Shown piece by piece: positions 52,701-64,000 of a stretch of DNA of 64,000 nt. The notes below the pieces were generated by a model. It searched no databases. It saw only the letters and a program-made list of their open reading frames with translations, and was not told where the DNA came from. This DNA is from Escherichia coli (GTDB lineage Bacteria > Pseudomonadota > Gammaproteobacteria > Enterobacterales > Enterobacteriaceae). Positions within the stretch are counted from its first letter, which is position 1, and the number at the start of each line of letters is the position of its first letter. The position numbers and the translations under genes are program-made. The stretch lies in the NCBI RefSeq assembly GCF_003334765.1, contig NZ_QOWT01000022.1, one strand, 5' to 3'.

Positions 52701-53164
52701 TTGGCACCGTGTTTCTGGGTAAACAAACGAAAAGCGTCGAGCGTCTCTTCACTAACATGGTGCTCCATGCCTTCCGCGTCGCGACGGGCGATTTCCGGAC
52801 TGACGCCCAACACCAACAAGAAATTTTCGACTATCTGATGTCGCTCGCGGCTTTCCTGCGCCAGCTTCTCTCCTTCTGCCGTTAAAAACACGCCACGCCA
52901 GGGGATCATTTCAATCAGCCCCATGGTTGCCAGCCGCTTAAGCATTTTAGCCACCGTCGGTTGCGAAACTCCCAGACGAGCAGCCATGTCCACCTGACGA
53001 GCTTCCCCCACTTCCCTGATCAAGTCAGAAATCAGCTCAACGTAATCATCAATAAGCTCGCGCCGATGCGCCTCTCTGACCTGGCGGAACCCTTCAACGT
53101 GCTCTTCCACGTTCACTAACTGCGTCACTTTTTTTGCTGTTGGCGTACCTGCGCGACGACTCAT
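52697..53164 (-). CDS. mntR: Manganese-responsive transcriptional regulator MntR (DtxR family).
   Basis: 155 aa, [45 protein letters not shown]. Confidence 0.92.
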
Positions 53165-53273
53165 TGTGCTTCCTCATTATGGTGACGCATACATAGCGTT
53201 CTCATTTCGTGCGCACATTGTAAACCAGAGTTGCGAAGGTACAAAAAATTAACGTTTTAGCAATAGCTATATA

Positions 53274-53291
53274 ATATAGCCTGTGCTATAT
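53274..53291. promoter_or_regulatory. Perfect palindrome resembling an MntR operator, upstream of mntS.
   Basis: ATATAGC-ctgt-GCTATAT, preceded by a second ATAGCTAT palindrome. MntR boxes are ATAGC...GCTAT-type inverted repeats, and mntS is a known MntR target. Confidence 0.55.
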
Positions 53292-53349
53292 CTGTATGTA
53301 ATGCAATCATCCCTCAAGGATCGACGGGATTAGCAAGTCAGGAGGTCTT

Positions 53350-53478
53350 ATGAATGAGTTCAAGAGGTGTATGCGCGTGTTTAGTCATTCTCCCTTTAAA
53401 GTACGGTTAATGCTGCTCTCTATGTTGTGCGATATGGTCAACAACAAACCGCAGCAAGATAAACCTTCCGATAAATAG
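53350..53478 (+). CDS. mntS: Small manganese-homeostasis protein MntS (within the RybA transcript).
   Basis: 42 aa, MNEFKRCMRVFSHSPFKVRLMLLSMLCDMVNNKPQQDKPSDK, with a GGAGG RBS. It is absent from the ORF track because it is too short. Confidence 0.85.
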   Translation: MNEFKRCMRVFSHSPFKVRLMLLSMLCDMVNNKPQQDKPSDK

Positions 53479-53749
53479 CGGCGTCGCGGTACGCCGCTTC
53501 ACTCCTGCTTTCATGCAGGCATAACGCGTTTTGGTCTGAAAAACCCCACTTTTTGTCGGATTTGCAATCCCCTTCGCAAAAGATTTGTTCGTCAGTAGTT
53601 GACCTGAACGGCGGCTCGCTCTATCTTCTTGCAGCCCTGCGTATATTGCGGCTCGCGGATGCGGACCCCTTTCCACTCTTCACGCACTCTTGCAGGTATT
53701 GACCCTTGACGCCAGGGTAAGCACATGGCGTTTGTTACGATAGTGGCAT

Positions 53750-55333
53750 ATGAATTTAACCCTCAAAGAATCGCTTGTTACCCGTAGCCGGGTATTTAGC
53801 CCGTGGACTGCGTTCTACTTTTTACAGTCGCTATTAATTAACCTCGGCTTAGGTTACCCCTTCAGTTTGCTCTACACCGCTGCGTTTACGGCTATTTTGC
53901 TTTTGCTATGGCGAACATTGCCTCGCGTACAAAAAGTTCTGGTCGGTGTCAGTTCGCTGGTGGCGGCTTGTTATTTCCCTTTTGCTCAGGCCTACGGCGC
54001 GCCTAATTTCAATACATTGCTGGCATTGCACTCCACCAATATGGAAGAGTCGACCGAAATCCTGACGATTTTTCCGTGGTACAGCTACCTGGTCGGCTTA
54101 TTTATTTTTGCGCTCGGCGTAATAGCAATCAGGCGAAAAAAAGAGAATGAAAAAGCGCGCTGGAATACCTTCGACAGCCTGTGTCTGGTATTCAGTGTGG
54201 CGACATTTTTTGTTGCTCCCGTGCAAAACCTGGCCTGGGGTGGCGTATTTAAACTGAAAGATACTGGCTATCCGGTATTTCGTTTTGCTAAGGATGTCAT
54301 CGTCAATAATAACGAGGTGATTGAAGAGCAAGAACGGATGGCAAAACTTTCCGGAATGAAAGATACCTGGACGGTCACTGCCGTTAAGCCGAAGTATCAG
54401 ACCTATGTGGTGGTGATCGGTGAAAGCGCGCGTCGCGATGCCCTCGGTGCCTTTGGCGGTCACTGGGACAATACCCCGTTTGCCAGCAGCGTTAACGGTT
54501 TGATATTTGCTGACTACATTGCCGCCAGTGGCTCCACGCAGAAATCGCTTGGCTTAACGCTCAATCGCGTTGTCGATGGCAAACCACAGTTTCAGGATAA
54601 CTTTGTCACCCTGGCAAATCGCGCGGGCTTCCAGACCTGGTGGTTTTCCAACCAGGGTCAAATCGGCGAATACGATACCGCTATCGCCAGCATCGCCAAA
54701 CGAGCAGATGAAGTGTACTTCCTGAAAGAAGGTAATTTTGAAGCAGATAAAAACACCAAAGACGAAGCGTTACTGGATATGACCGCTCAAGTGCTGGCGC
54801 AAGAGCACTCGCAACCGCAGCTGATTGTTCTACATCTGATGGGCTCACATCCGCAGGCCTGCGACAGGACACAAGGAAAATACGAAACCTTTGTGCAATC
54901 GAAAGAAACGTCGTGCTATCTCTATACCATGACGCAAACGGACGATTTACTGCGCAAGCTGTACGATCAGTTACGCAACAGCGGCAGCAGCTTCTCGCTG
55001 GTTTACTTTTCTGACCACGGTCTGGCCTTTAAAGAGCGCGGTAAAGACGTGCAATACCTTGCCCATGATGATAAATATCAGCAAAATTTCCAGGTGCCTT
55101 TTATGGTCATTTCCAGCGACGATAAAGCGCATCGTGTGATTAAAGCCCGCCGCTCAGCCAATGACTTCTTAGGCTTTTTCTCCCAGTGGACGGGGATTAA
55201 AGCGAAGGAAATTAACATCAAATACCCGTTTATATCTGAGAAGAAAGCCGGGCCGATATACATCACCAACTTCCAGTTACAGAAGGTGGATTACAACCAT
55301 CTCGGAACCGATATTTTCGACCCGAAACCTTAA
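53750..55333 (+). CDS. opgE: Phosphoethanolamine transferase OpgE (YbiP).
   Basis: 527 aa with N-terminal TM helices and a sulfatase-type domain, in K-12 synteny. Confidence 0.88.
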   Translation: MNLTLKESLVTRSRVFSPWTAFYFLQSLLINLGLGYPFSLLYTAAFTAILLLLWRTLPRVQKVLVGVSSLVAACYFPFAQAYGAPNFNTLLALHSTNMEESTEILTIFPWYSYLVGLFIFALGVIAIRRKKENEKARWNTFDSLCLVFSVATFFVAPVQNLAWGGVFKLKDTGYPVFRFAKDVIVNNNEVIEEQERMAKLSGMKDTWTVTAVKPKYQTYVVVIGESARRDALGAFGGHWDNTPFASSVNGLIFADYIAASGSTQKSLGLTLNRVVDGKPQFQDNFVTLANRAGFQTWWFSNQGQIGEYDTAIASIAKRADEVYFLKEGNFEADKNTKDEALLDMTAQVLAQEHSQPQLIVLHLMGSHPQACDRTQGKYETFVQSKETSCYLYTMTQTDDLLRKLYDQLRNSGSSFSLVYFSDHGLAFKERGKDVQYLAHDDKYQQNFQVPFMVISSDDKAHRVIKARRSANDFLGFFSQWTGIKAKEINIKYPFISEKKAGPIYITNFQLQKVDYNHLGTDIFDPKP

Positions 55334-55340
55334 AAACAAA

Positions 55341-55366
55341 AATCCGCCCCGAGAGGCGGATTTTTT
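55341..55366. terminator. Rho-independent terminator between opgE and ompX.
   Basis: AATCCGCC-ccgaga-GGCGGATTTTTT. Confidence 0.8.
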
Positions 55367-55381
55367 ATATCACCAAAGTGA

Positions 55382-55897
55382 TTAGAAGCGGTAACCAACA
55401 CCGGCAATCCAGGTGCCTACGTCAACGCTACGAATACGGCTCTGCTCGTAAGAGAAGTCCAGAGCAACGTTTTCCATCGGGTTGAACTGCAGACCCGCAC
55501 CGTAGGAGAAACCGTAGTCGCTGGTGTCGTGTTTGTAGGTCGGGTATTCAGTGGTCTGGAATTTACCATAACCCACACCCACTACACCGTAGATGCTTGC
55601 CCAGTCGTTAATGCGGTAAGCCGGACCAGCAGTGATGCCGTAGTACTGGTTTTTGTTGTAGTCACCAGAGCTTGCAGTACGGCTTTTCTCGGTGTAAGTG
55701 AAAGAACCGATCACACCCAGCGGGCTGTTGTCTTCTTCATAGCGGTATTTCAGGTTGAAACCGCCCATTTTGTTCATTTGGCCCTGAGCGTCGCTCTGTG
55801 CGTAACCGCCAGTTACAGTAGAAGTCGCAGCTACGGAAGTACCTGCGGTGAAAGCCAGAACTGCGGCCAGTGCTGAAAGACATGCAATTTTTTTCAT
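55382..55897 (-). CDS. ompX: Outer membrane protein X.
   Basis: 171 aa from MKKIACLSALAAVLAFTAGTSVA, ending ...AGVGYRF. Confidence 0.95.
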   Translation of the reverse strand: MKKIACLSALAAVLAFTAGTSVAATSTVTGGYAQSDAQGQMNKMGGFNLKYRYEEDNSPLGVIGSFTYTEKSRTASSGDYNKNQYYGITAGPAYRINDWASIYGVVGVGYGKFQTTEYPTYKHDTSDYGFSYGAGLQFNPMENVALDFSYEQSRIRSVDVGTWIAGVGYRF

Positions 55898-56249
55898 AAC
55901 CACCTCAAATGTGATTCAAATAAGTCCTAAGTTTTAAATATATCAAAAATTAATGGGAAACTCTTCGCGATTTGTGATGTCTAACGGGCCATTTCATGTA
56001 ACAGAACGTTTCCATACACCGCTATCCATCTAAATTTAAATCACTTTTTCAGAGAACTGCGTAAGTATTACGCATGTTTTCCCTGTCATTCATCCAGATT
56101 ATTCCTAATCACCAGACTAATGATTCCATCAATCCTGGCGCATTTTAGTCAAAACGGGGGAAAATTTTTTCAACAAATGCTCAACCAGCATTGGGTATAT
56201 CCAGTACACTCCACGCTTTACTTAAGTCTAGATATTTGTGGGAGAAAGG

Positions 56250-57137
56250 ATGCCTGGTTCATTACGTAAAATGCCGGTCTGGTTACCAATAGTCATATTG
56301 CTCGTTGCCATGGCGTCTATTCAGGGTGGAGCCTCGTTAGCTAAGTCACTTTTTCCTCTGGTGGGCGCACCGGGTGTCACTGCGCTGCGTCTGGCATTAG
56401 GAACGCTGATCCTCATCGCGTTCTTTAAGCCATGGCGACTGCGCTTTGCCAAAGAGCAACGGTTACCGCTGTTGTTTTACGGCGTTTCGCTGGGTGGGAT
56501 GAATTATCTTTTTTATCTTTCTATTCAGACAGTACCGCTGGGTATTGCGGTGGCGCTGGAGTTCACCGGACCACTGGCGGTGGCGCTGTTCTCTTCTCGT
56601 CGCCCGGTAGATTTCGTCTGGGTTGTGCTGGCGGTTCTTGGTCTGTGGTTCCTGCTACCGCTGGGGCAAGACGTTTCCCATGTCGATTTAACCGGCTGTG
56701 CGCTGGCACTGGGGGCCGGGGCTTGTTGGGCTATTTACATTTTAAGTGGGCAACGCGCAGGAGCGGAACATGGCCCTGCGACGGTGGCAATTGGTTCGTT
56801 GATTGCAGCGTTAATTTTCGTGCCAATTGGAGCGCTTCAGGCTGGTGAAGCACTCTGGCACTGGTCGGTTATTCCATTGGGTCTGGCTGTCGCTATTCTC
56901 TCGACCGCTCTGCCTTATTCGCTGGAAATGATTGCCCTCACCCGTTTGCCAACACGGACATTTGGTACGCTGATGAGCATGGAACCGGCGCTGGCTGCCG
57001 TTTCCGGGATGATTTTCCTCGGAGAAACACTGACACCCATACAGCTACTGGCGCTCGGCGCTATCATCGCCGCTTCAATGGGGTCTACGCTGACAGTACG
57101 CAAAGAGAGCAAAATAAAAGAATTAGACATTAATTAA
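56250..57137 (+). CDS. rhtA: Threonine/homoserine exporter RhtA (DMT family).
   Basis: 295 aa from MPGSLRKMPVWLPIVILLVAMASIQGG. Confidence 0.92.
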   Translation: MPGSLRKMPVWLPIVILLVAMASIQGGASLAKSLFPLVGAPGVTALRLALGTLILIAFFKPWRLRFAKEQRLPLLFYGVSLGGMNYLFYLSIQTVPLGIAVALEFTGPLAVALFSSRRPVDFVWVVLAVLGLWFLLPLGQDVSHVDLTGCALALGAGACWAIYILSGQRAGAEHGPATVAIGSLIAALIFVPIGALQAGEALWHWSVIPLGLAVAILSTALPYSLEMIALTRLPTRTFGTLMSMEPALAAVSGMIFLGETLTPIQLLALGAIIAASMGSTLTVRKESKIKELDIN

Positions 57138-57291
57138 ATTTACATTTCTGCATGGTTATGCATAACCATGCAGAATTTCTCGCTACTTTTCCTCTACACC
57201 GTCTTTATATATCGAATTATGCAAAAGCATATTTATTCCGAAAATTCCTGGCGAGCAGATAAATAAGAATTGTTCTTATCAATATATCTAA

Positions 57292-57939
<648 letters not shown>

Positions 57940-58156
57940 ATCCATCGCTGATGGTGCAGAACTTTAGTACCCGATAAAAGCGGCTTCCTGACAGGAGGCC
58001 GTTTTGTTTTGCAGCCCACCTCAACGCACTTATTTAGTGCATCCATCTGCTATCTCCAGCTGATTAAGTAAATTTTTTGTATCCACATCATCACACAATC
58101 GTTACATAAAGATTGTTTTTTCATCAGGTTTTACGCTAAATAATCACTGTGTTGAG

Positions 58157-58199
58157 TGCACAATTTTAGCGCACCAGATTGGTGCCCCAGAATGGTGCA
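58157..58199. promoter_or_regulatory. Cluster of NtrC-binding sites upstream of glnHp2.
   Basis: TGCACAATTTTAGCGCA, GCACCAGATTGGTGC and TGCCCCAGAATGGTGCA fit the TGCACC-N5-GGTGCA-type consensus. Confidence 0.6.
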
Positions 58200-58272
58200 T
58201 CTTCAGGGTATTGCCCTATAAATCGTGCATCACGTTTTTGCCGCATCTCGAAAAATCAAGGAGTTGCAAAAC

Positions 58273-58288
58273 TGGCACGATTTTTTCA
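58273..58288 (+). promoter_or_regulatory. Sigma54 promoter glnHp2.
   Basis: TGGCAC-gattt-TTTCA fits the -24 GG / -12 GC-type spacing, ~55 nt upstream of the glnH ATG. Confidence 0.7.
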
Positions 58289-58327
58289 TATATGTGAATG
58301 TCACGCAGGGGATCGTCCCGTGGATAG

Positions 58328-59089
<762 letters not shown>

Positions 59090-59121
59090 TAACGCTACAC
59101 CTGTAAAACGCACTGGCAGTT

Positions 59122-59143
59122 CCCTCTCCCCTATGGGGAGAGG
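59122..59143. repeat. GC-rich intergenic hairpin/repeat-like element between glnH and glnP.
   Basis: CCCTCTCCCC-tat-GGGGAGAGG, followed by GGGTGAGGGGCGC. It resembles a dispersed enterobacterial intergenic repeat. I did not assign a family. Confidence 0.5.
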
Positions 59144-59227
59144 ATTAGGGTGAGGGGCGCAAACCCGCTCCGGGGCCATTAATTACCCTGAATTTGATTA
59201 TTTACACCACGGTAACAGGAACAACAT

Positions 59228-59887
59228 ATGCAGTTTGACTGGAGTGCCATCTGGCCTGCCATTCCGCTTCTGATTGAAGGTGCCAAAATGACCCTGTGGA
59301 TTTCGGTCCTCGGTCTGGCAGGCGGTCTGGTAATCGGATTGCTGGCAGGTTTTGCACGCACCTTCGGAGGTTGGATAGCCAACCACGTCGCGCTGGTCTT
59401 TATTGAAGTGATCCGCGGCACACCTATCGTCGTCCAGGTGATGTTTATTTATTTCGCCCTGCCGATGGCGTTTAACGACTTACGCATCGACCCATTTACT
59501 GCGGCGGTGGTCACCATCATGATCAACTCCGGCGCGTATATTGCGGAAATCACGCGTGGTGCGGTGCTGTCTATCCACAAAGGTTTTCGTGAAGCAGGAC
59601 TGGCGCTCGGTCTTTCACGTTGGGAAACCATTCGCTACGTCATTTTACCGCTGGCACTGCGTCGTATGCTGCCGCCGCTGGGTAACCAGTGGATCATCAG
59701 CATTAAAGACACCTCGCTGTTTATTGTGATCGGCGTGGCGGAACTGACCCGTCAGGGGCAAGAAATTATTGCCGGTAACTTCCGCGCCCTTGAGATCTGG
59801 AGCGCCGTGGCGGTGTTCTATCTGATTATTACCCTGGTGCTGAGCTTTATTCTGCGTCGTCTGGAAAGAAGGATGAAAATCCTGTGA
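59228..59887 (+). CDS. glnP: Glutamine ABC transporter permease GlnP.
   Basis: 219 aa, in K-12 synteny. Confidence 0.93.
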
Positions 59888-60606
59888 TTGAATTTAAAAA
59901 CGTCTCCAAGCACTTTGGCCCAACCCAGGTGCTGCACAATATCGATTTGAACATTGCCCAGGGCGAAGTCGTGGTGATTATCGGGCCGTCCGGTTCCGGT
60001 AAATCGACCCTGCTGCGCTGCATCAACAAACTGGAAGAAATCACCTCCGGCGATCTGATTGTCGATGGCCTGAAGGTTAACGATCCGAAAGTTGACGAGC
60101 GCCTGATTCGCCAGGAAGCAGGTATGGTGTTCCAGCAGTTTTACCTCTTCCCGCATCTGACAGCGCTGGAAAACGTCATGTTTGGCCCGCTACGCGTGCG
60201 TGGCGCGAACAAAGAAGAGGCGGAAAAACTGGCACGTGAGCTGCTGGCGAAAGTCGGTCTGGCAGAACGTGCACATCACTACCCTTCCGAACTTTCTGGT
60301 GGTCAACAGCAGCGTGTGGCGATTGCCCGCGCGCTGGCGGTGAAGCCGAAAATGATGCTGTTTGATGAACCGACTTCCGCTCTTGACCCGGAACTGCGCC
60401 ATGAAGTGCTGAAGGTTATGCAGGATCTGGCTGAAGAAGGGATGACGATGGTGATCGTGACCCACGAAATCGGTTTTGCCGAGAAAGTAGCTTCGCGGCT
60501 GATCTTTATCGACAAAGGCCGGATTGCGGAAGATGGCAATCCGCAGGTGTTGATCAAGAACCCGCCGAGCCAGCGCTTGCAGGAATTTTTGCAGCACGTC
60601 TCTTAA
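59884..60606 (+). CDS. glnQ: Glutamine ABC transporter ATP-binding protein GlnQ.
   Basis: 240 aa with Walker [10 protein letters not shown] and the signature LSGGQQQR. Confidence 0.95.
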
Positions 60607-60617
60607 TAAGACACATT

Positions 60618-60717
60618 GCCTGATGCGCTACGCTTATCAGGCCTACAGGATATCTGGCAACTTATTAAAATTGCATGAACTTGTAGGACGGATAAGGCGT
60701 TCACGCCGCATCCGGCA
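60618..60717. repeat. REP/BIME element (two REP units).
   Basis: GCCTGATGCGCTACGCTTATCAGGCCTAC ... GTAGGACGGATAAGGCGTTCACGCCGCATCCGGCA. Confidence 0.85.
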
Positions 60718-60866
60718 AAAAAGCCCGCACGTTGTCAGCAACCTGCTTAATATCCCTTCCTCCCTTTCACCCGAAAGGGAGGCACACCAGATTCCTCTCA
60801 TTTAAAATCGCCCCTCCTCCAGCATCTATACTTATCTTTTTGCTCTATTTTCTCACTGGAGGAGTC

Positions 60867-63092
60867 ATGCGGTGGATCCTGTTCATCCTCTTCTGCCTGC
60901 TGGGCGCACCTGCCCACGCGGTATCCATACCCGGCGTTACAACCACAACGACAACGGACTCAACGACTGAACCGGCCCCGGAACCGGATATCGAACAAAA
61001 AAAAGCAGCCTATGGCGCACTGGCGGATGTGCTGGATAATGACACCTCGCGTAAAGAGTTGATCGACCAGTTGCGCACCGTTGCCGCTACGCCCCCTGCT
61101 GAACCGGTACCAAAAATAGTGCCGCCGACGCTGGTCGAAGAGCAAACCGTGCTGCAAAAGGTCACCGAAGTCAGCCGCCATTATGGTGAAGCCCTTTCCG
61201 CCCGCTTCGGGCAACTTTATCGCAATATCACCGGCTCCCCGCATAAGCCGTTTAATCCACAAACCTTCAGCAATGCGCTGACCCATTTTTCAATGTTAGC
61301 GGTATTAGTGTTTGGTTTTTACTGGCTGATTCGCCTGTGCGCACTGCCGCTGTATCGCAAAATGGGTCAGTGGGCGCGGCAAAAAAATCGTGAGCGCAGC
61401 AACTGGTTGCAGCTTCCGGCGATGATTATCGGGGCGTTTATTATCGACCTGCTGTTACTGGCCCTGACATTATTTGTCGGCCAGGTATTAAGCGACAACC
61501 TGAATGCAGGCAGTCGCACCATCGCTTTCCAACAAAGTTTGTTTCTCAACGCCTTTGCCCTCATTGAATTTTTCAAAGCCGTACTACGCCTGATTTTTTG
61601 CCCAAACGTGGCGGAGCTGCGCCCGTTCACGATTCAGGACGAGAGCGCCCGTTACTGGAGTCGTCGCCTGAGCTGGTTAAGCAGTTTGATAGGTTATGGC
61701 CTGATTGTGGCCGTGCCGATTATCTCTAATCAGGTGAATGTACAGATAGGTGCGCTGGCGAACGTCATCATTATGCTGTGCATGACCGTCTGGGCGTTGT
61801 ACCTGATCTTTCGTAATAAAAAAGAGATTACCCAGCATTTGCTCAACTTCGCGGAGCATTCGCTGGCCTTTTTCAGCCTGTTTATCCGCGCCTTTGCGCT
61901 GGTGTGGCACTGGCTGGCAAGCGCCTATTTTATCGTGCTGTTTTTCTTTTCGTTGTTCGATCCGGGCAACAGCCTGAAATTTATGATGGGTGCAACGGTG
62001 CGCAGCCTGGCGATTATTGGTATCGCAGCGTTTGTTTCCGGTATGTTTTCCCGCTGGCTGGCGAAAACCATCACTCTCTCGCCACATACTCAGCGTAACT
62101 ATCCGGAGCTGCAAAAACGGTTGAATGGCTGGCTGTCGGCGGCGCTGAAAACGGCGCGTATTCTGACAGTCTGCGTGGCGGTAATGTTGCTGTTGAGCGC
62201 ATGGGGATTGTTCGATTTCTGGAACTGGCTGCAAAACGGCGCGGGGCAGAAAACCGTAGATATCCTGATCCGTATCGCACTCATTCTTTTCTTCTCGGCG
62301 GTTGGCTGGACGGTGCTCGCCAGTTTGATCGAAAACCGGCTGGCTTCGGATATTCATGGCCGCCCGCTACCCAGCGCCCGCACGCGTACCCTGCTTACGC
62401 TGTTTCGTAACGCGCTGGCGGTGATTATCAGTACCATCACCATCATGATTGTGTTGTCGGAAATCGGCGTCAATATCGCGCCATTGCTGGCAGGTGCCGG
62501 GGCATTAGGTCTGGCTATCTCGTTTGGTTCGCAAACGCTGGTGAAAGATATTATCACCGGGGTATTTATTCAGTTTGAAAACGGCATGAACACTGGAGAT
62601 TTGGTGACTATCGGGCCGTTGACCGGCACAGTGGAACGGATGTCGATTCGCTCCGTGGGCGTACGACAGGATACCGGGGCGTATCACATCATTCCGTGGT
62701 CTTCGATAACCACCTTTGCTAACTTTGTCCGCGGCATTGGTTCGGTGGTGGCAAATTATGATGTTGATCGCCATGAAGATGCTGATAAAGCCAATCAGGC
62801 ACTGAAAGATGCGGTAGCGGAATTAATGGAAAACGAAGAAATTCGCGGGCTGATTATTGGTGAACCGAATTTTGCCGGGATTGTCGGCTTAAGCAATACC
62901 GCGTTTACACTGCGTGTTTCGTTCACCACGCTGCCACTCAAACAGTGGACGGTACGCTTTGCCCTCGACAGCCAGGTGAAAAAACATTTCGACCTGGCGG
63001 GCGTTCGCGCGCCAGTGCAGACTTATCAGGTGCTGCCTGCTCCGGGCGCGACCCCGGCTGAACCGTTACCGCCGGGGGAACCAACGCTTTAA
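60867..63092 (+). CDS. ybiO: MscS-family mechanosensitive channel YbiO.
   Basis: 741 aa from [18 protein letters not shown]. The 786-aa ORF-track extension was rejected. Confidence 0.9.
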
Positions 63093-64000
63093 CGCTGGCG
63101 ATTGACAAAACGGCGGCGCTGCTCGTCGTTCATAAAGGTCCAGGCAATAAAGCGACTCTGCTTTTGCCCCTGGGCCATCTCTTTTTTAACCACCTTCACC
63201 GCGCCCACGTCCGTCAGGGCACGATACAACGGCGGTAAGTTTTCACCACGAGATACCAGTGATGTAAACCACATCACCTGCTTCGCGAAGCCTTTGCTCT
63301 CTTCAATCATCTTTTTGATAAAGGTGACTTCACCGCCTTCACACCACAACTCCTGTTGCTGGCCGCCAAAGTTCAGTGCATCGTCTTTGTTCAGCCCCAG
63401 GTTACGGCGTTTACGCTCACTACCTGCCCGTGCCGCAGCGGCGGAATCGTGGAATGGCGGGTTACACAAGGTCGCGTCGTATTGCTCGTTTTTATGGATG
63501 ATGCCGTTAAAAATCGCCCCACTCTCTTTTTGCCGACGCAGACGAATGGCGCGGTTAAGCCCCGGATTAGAACTGATAATCGCCTGCGCACTGCTTAACG
63601 CCTGGCTGCTGGTTTCACTACCGGTAAAACGCCAGCCATATTCATGTACGCCAATCAGCGGATAAATACAGTTCGCACCAACGCCGATATCCAGAATGCT
63701 GGCATTCGCTGGAATTGTTCCGCTTGCTTCTGCCAGTAAATCGGCAAGGTGATGAATATAATCCGCCCGGCCCGGTACTGGTGGGCAGAGAAAACCGTCG
63801 GGGATATCCCAGTTCGCTACGGCGTAAAAATGGGCCAGCAACGCCTTATTGAGCGCCTTCACCGCCAGCGGATTGGCAAAGTCTACGCTTTGCTCCCCGG
63901 CGGGTGTAAGCGTGAGGAATTGCCTGAGTTCAGGATTGACCTGACAAAGCGTGGCGAGATCGTAGCGGCTGTGATGACGGTTGCGCGGATGCAACCCCGG
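63089..64000 (-). CDS. rlmF: 23S rRNA m6A1618 methyltransferase RlmF (YbiN). The first ~7 codons lie beyond the right edge.
   Basis: ...[28 protein letters not shown]... is open to the window end, with the NPPF methyltransferase motif (LCNPPFH). Confidence 0.9.

Overview
The window is Escherichia coli chromosome. Bases ~1-18,357 are the right-hand part of a 186/P2-like (Peduovirinae-type) prophage. Bases 18,388-64,000 are K-12-like core genes, rcdA(ybjK) through rlmF(ybiN), in reverse order relative to MG1655.

Prophage content, left to right:
- Tail and baseplate genes H (runs off the left edge), I, J, W, V, S.
- A truncated R fused head-on to the C-terminal half of portal gene Q. This internal deletion removes the lysis, capsid and terminase genes, so the element is defective.
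- A cos-like site.
- The early and lysogeny block: A replication endonuclease, Dam methylase, TraR-like zinc finger, CII, Apl/Cox, CI and a tyrosine integrase.
- attR, which lies next to rcdA in what I recall as the terminator of the sRNA rybB.

Three AT-rich cargo loci interrupt the phage backbone:
1. A tightly coupled 3-gene operon (7346-10096) sits in the tin/old position between cos and gene A. Its first protein has a PD-(D/E)xK-like motif; the other two are unrecognisable. This is the top candidate for an uncharacterised anti-phage system.
2. A 2-gene operon (5928-7040) lies between Q and cos. It encodes a small 2-TM protein and a 285-aa protein that share a G-[DN]-N-S-x-A-[VI]-Q-A motif.
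3. A 268-aa multi-TM protein (3853-4659) occupies the S/V (P2 orf30) locus.

A LexA box precedes a small ORF and a DinI-like gene. The core segment looks ordinary. No tRNA, rRNA, CRISPR array or IS element was seen. All calls come from reading the sequence and from remembered homologies; no searches were run.
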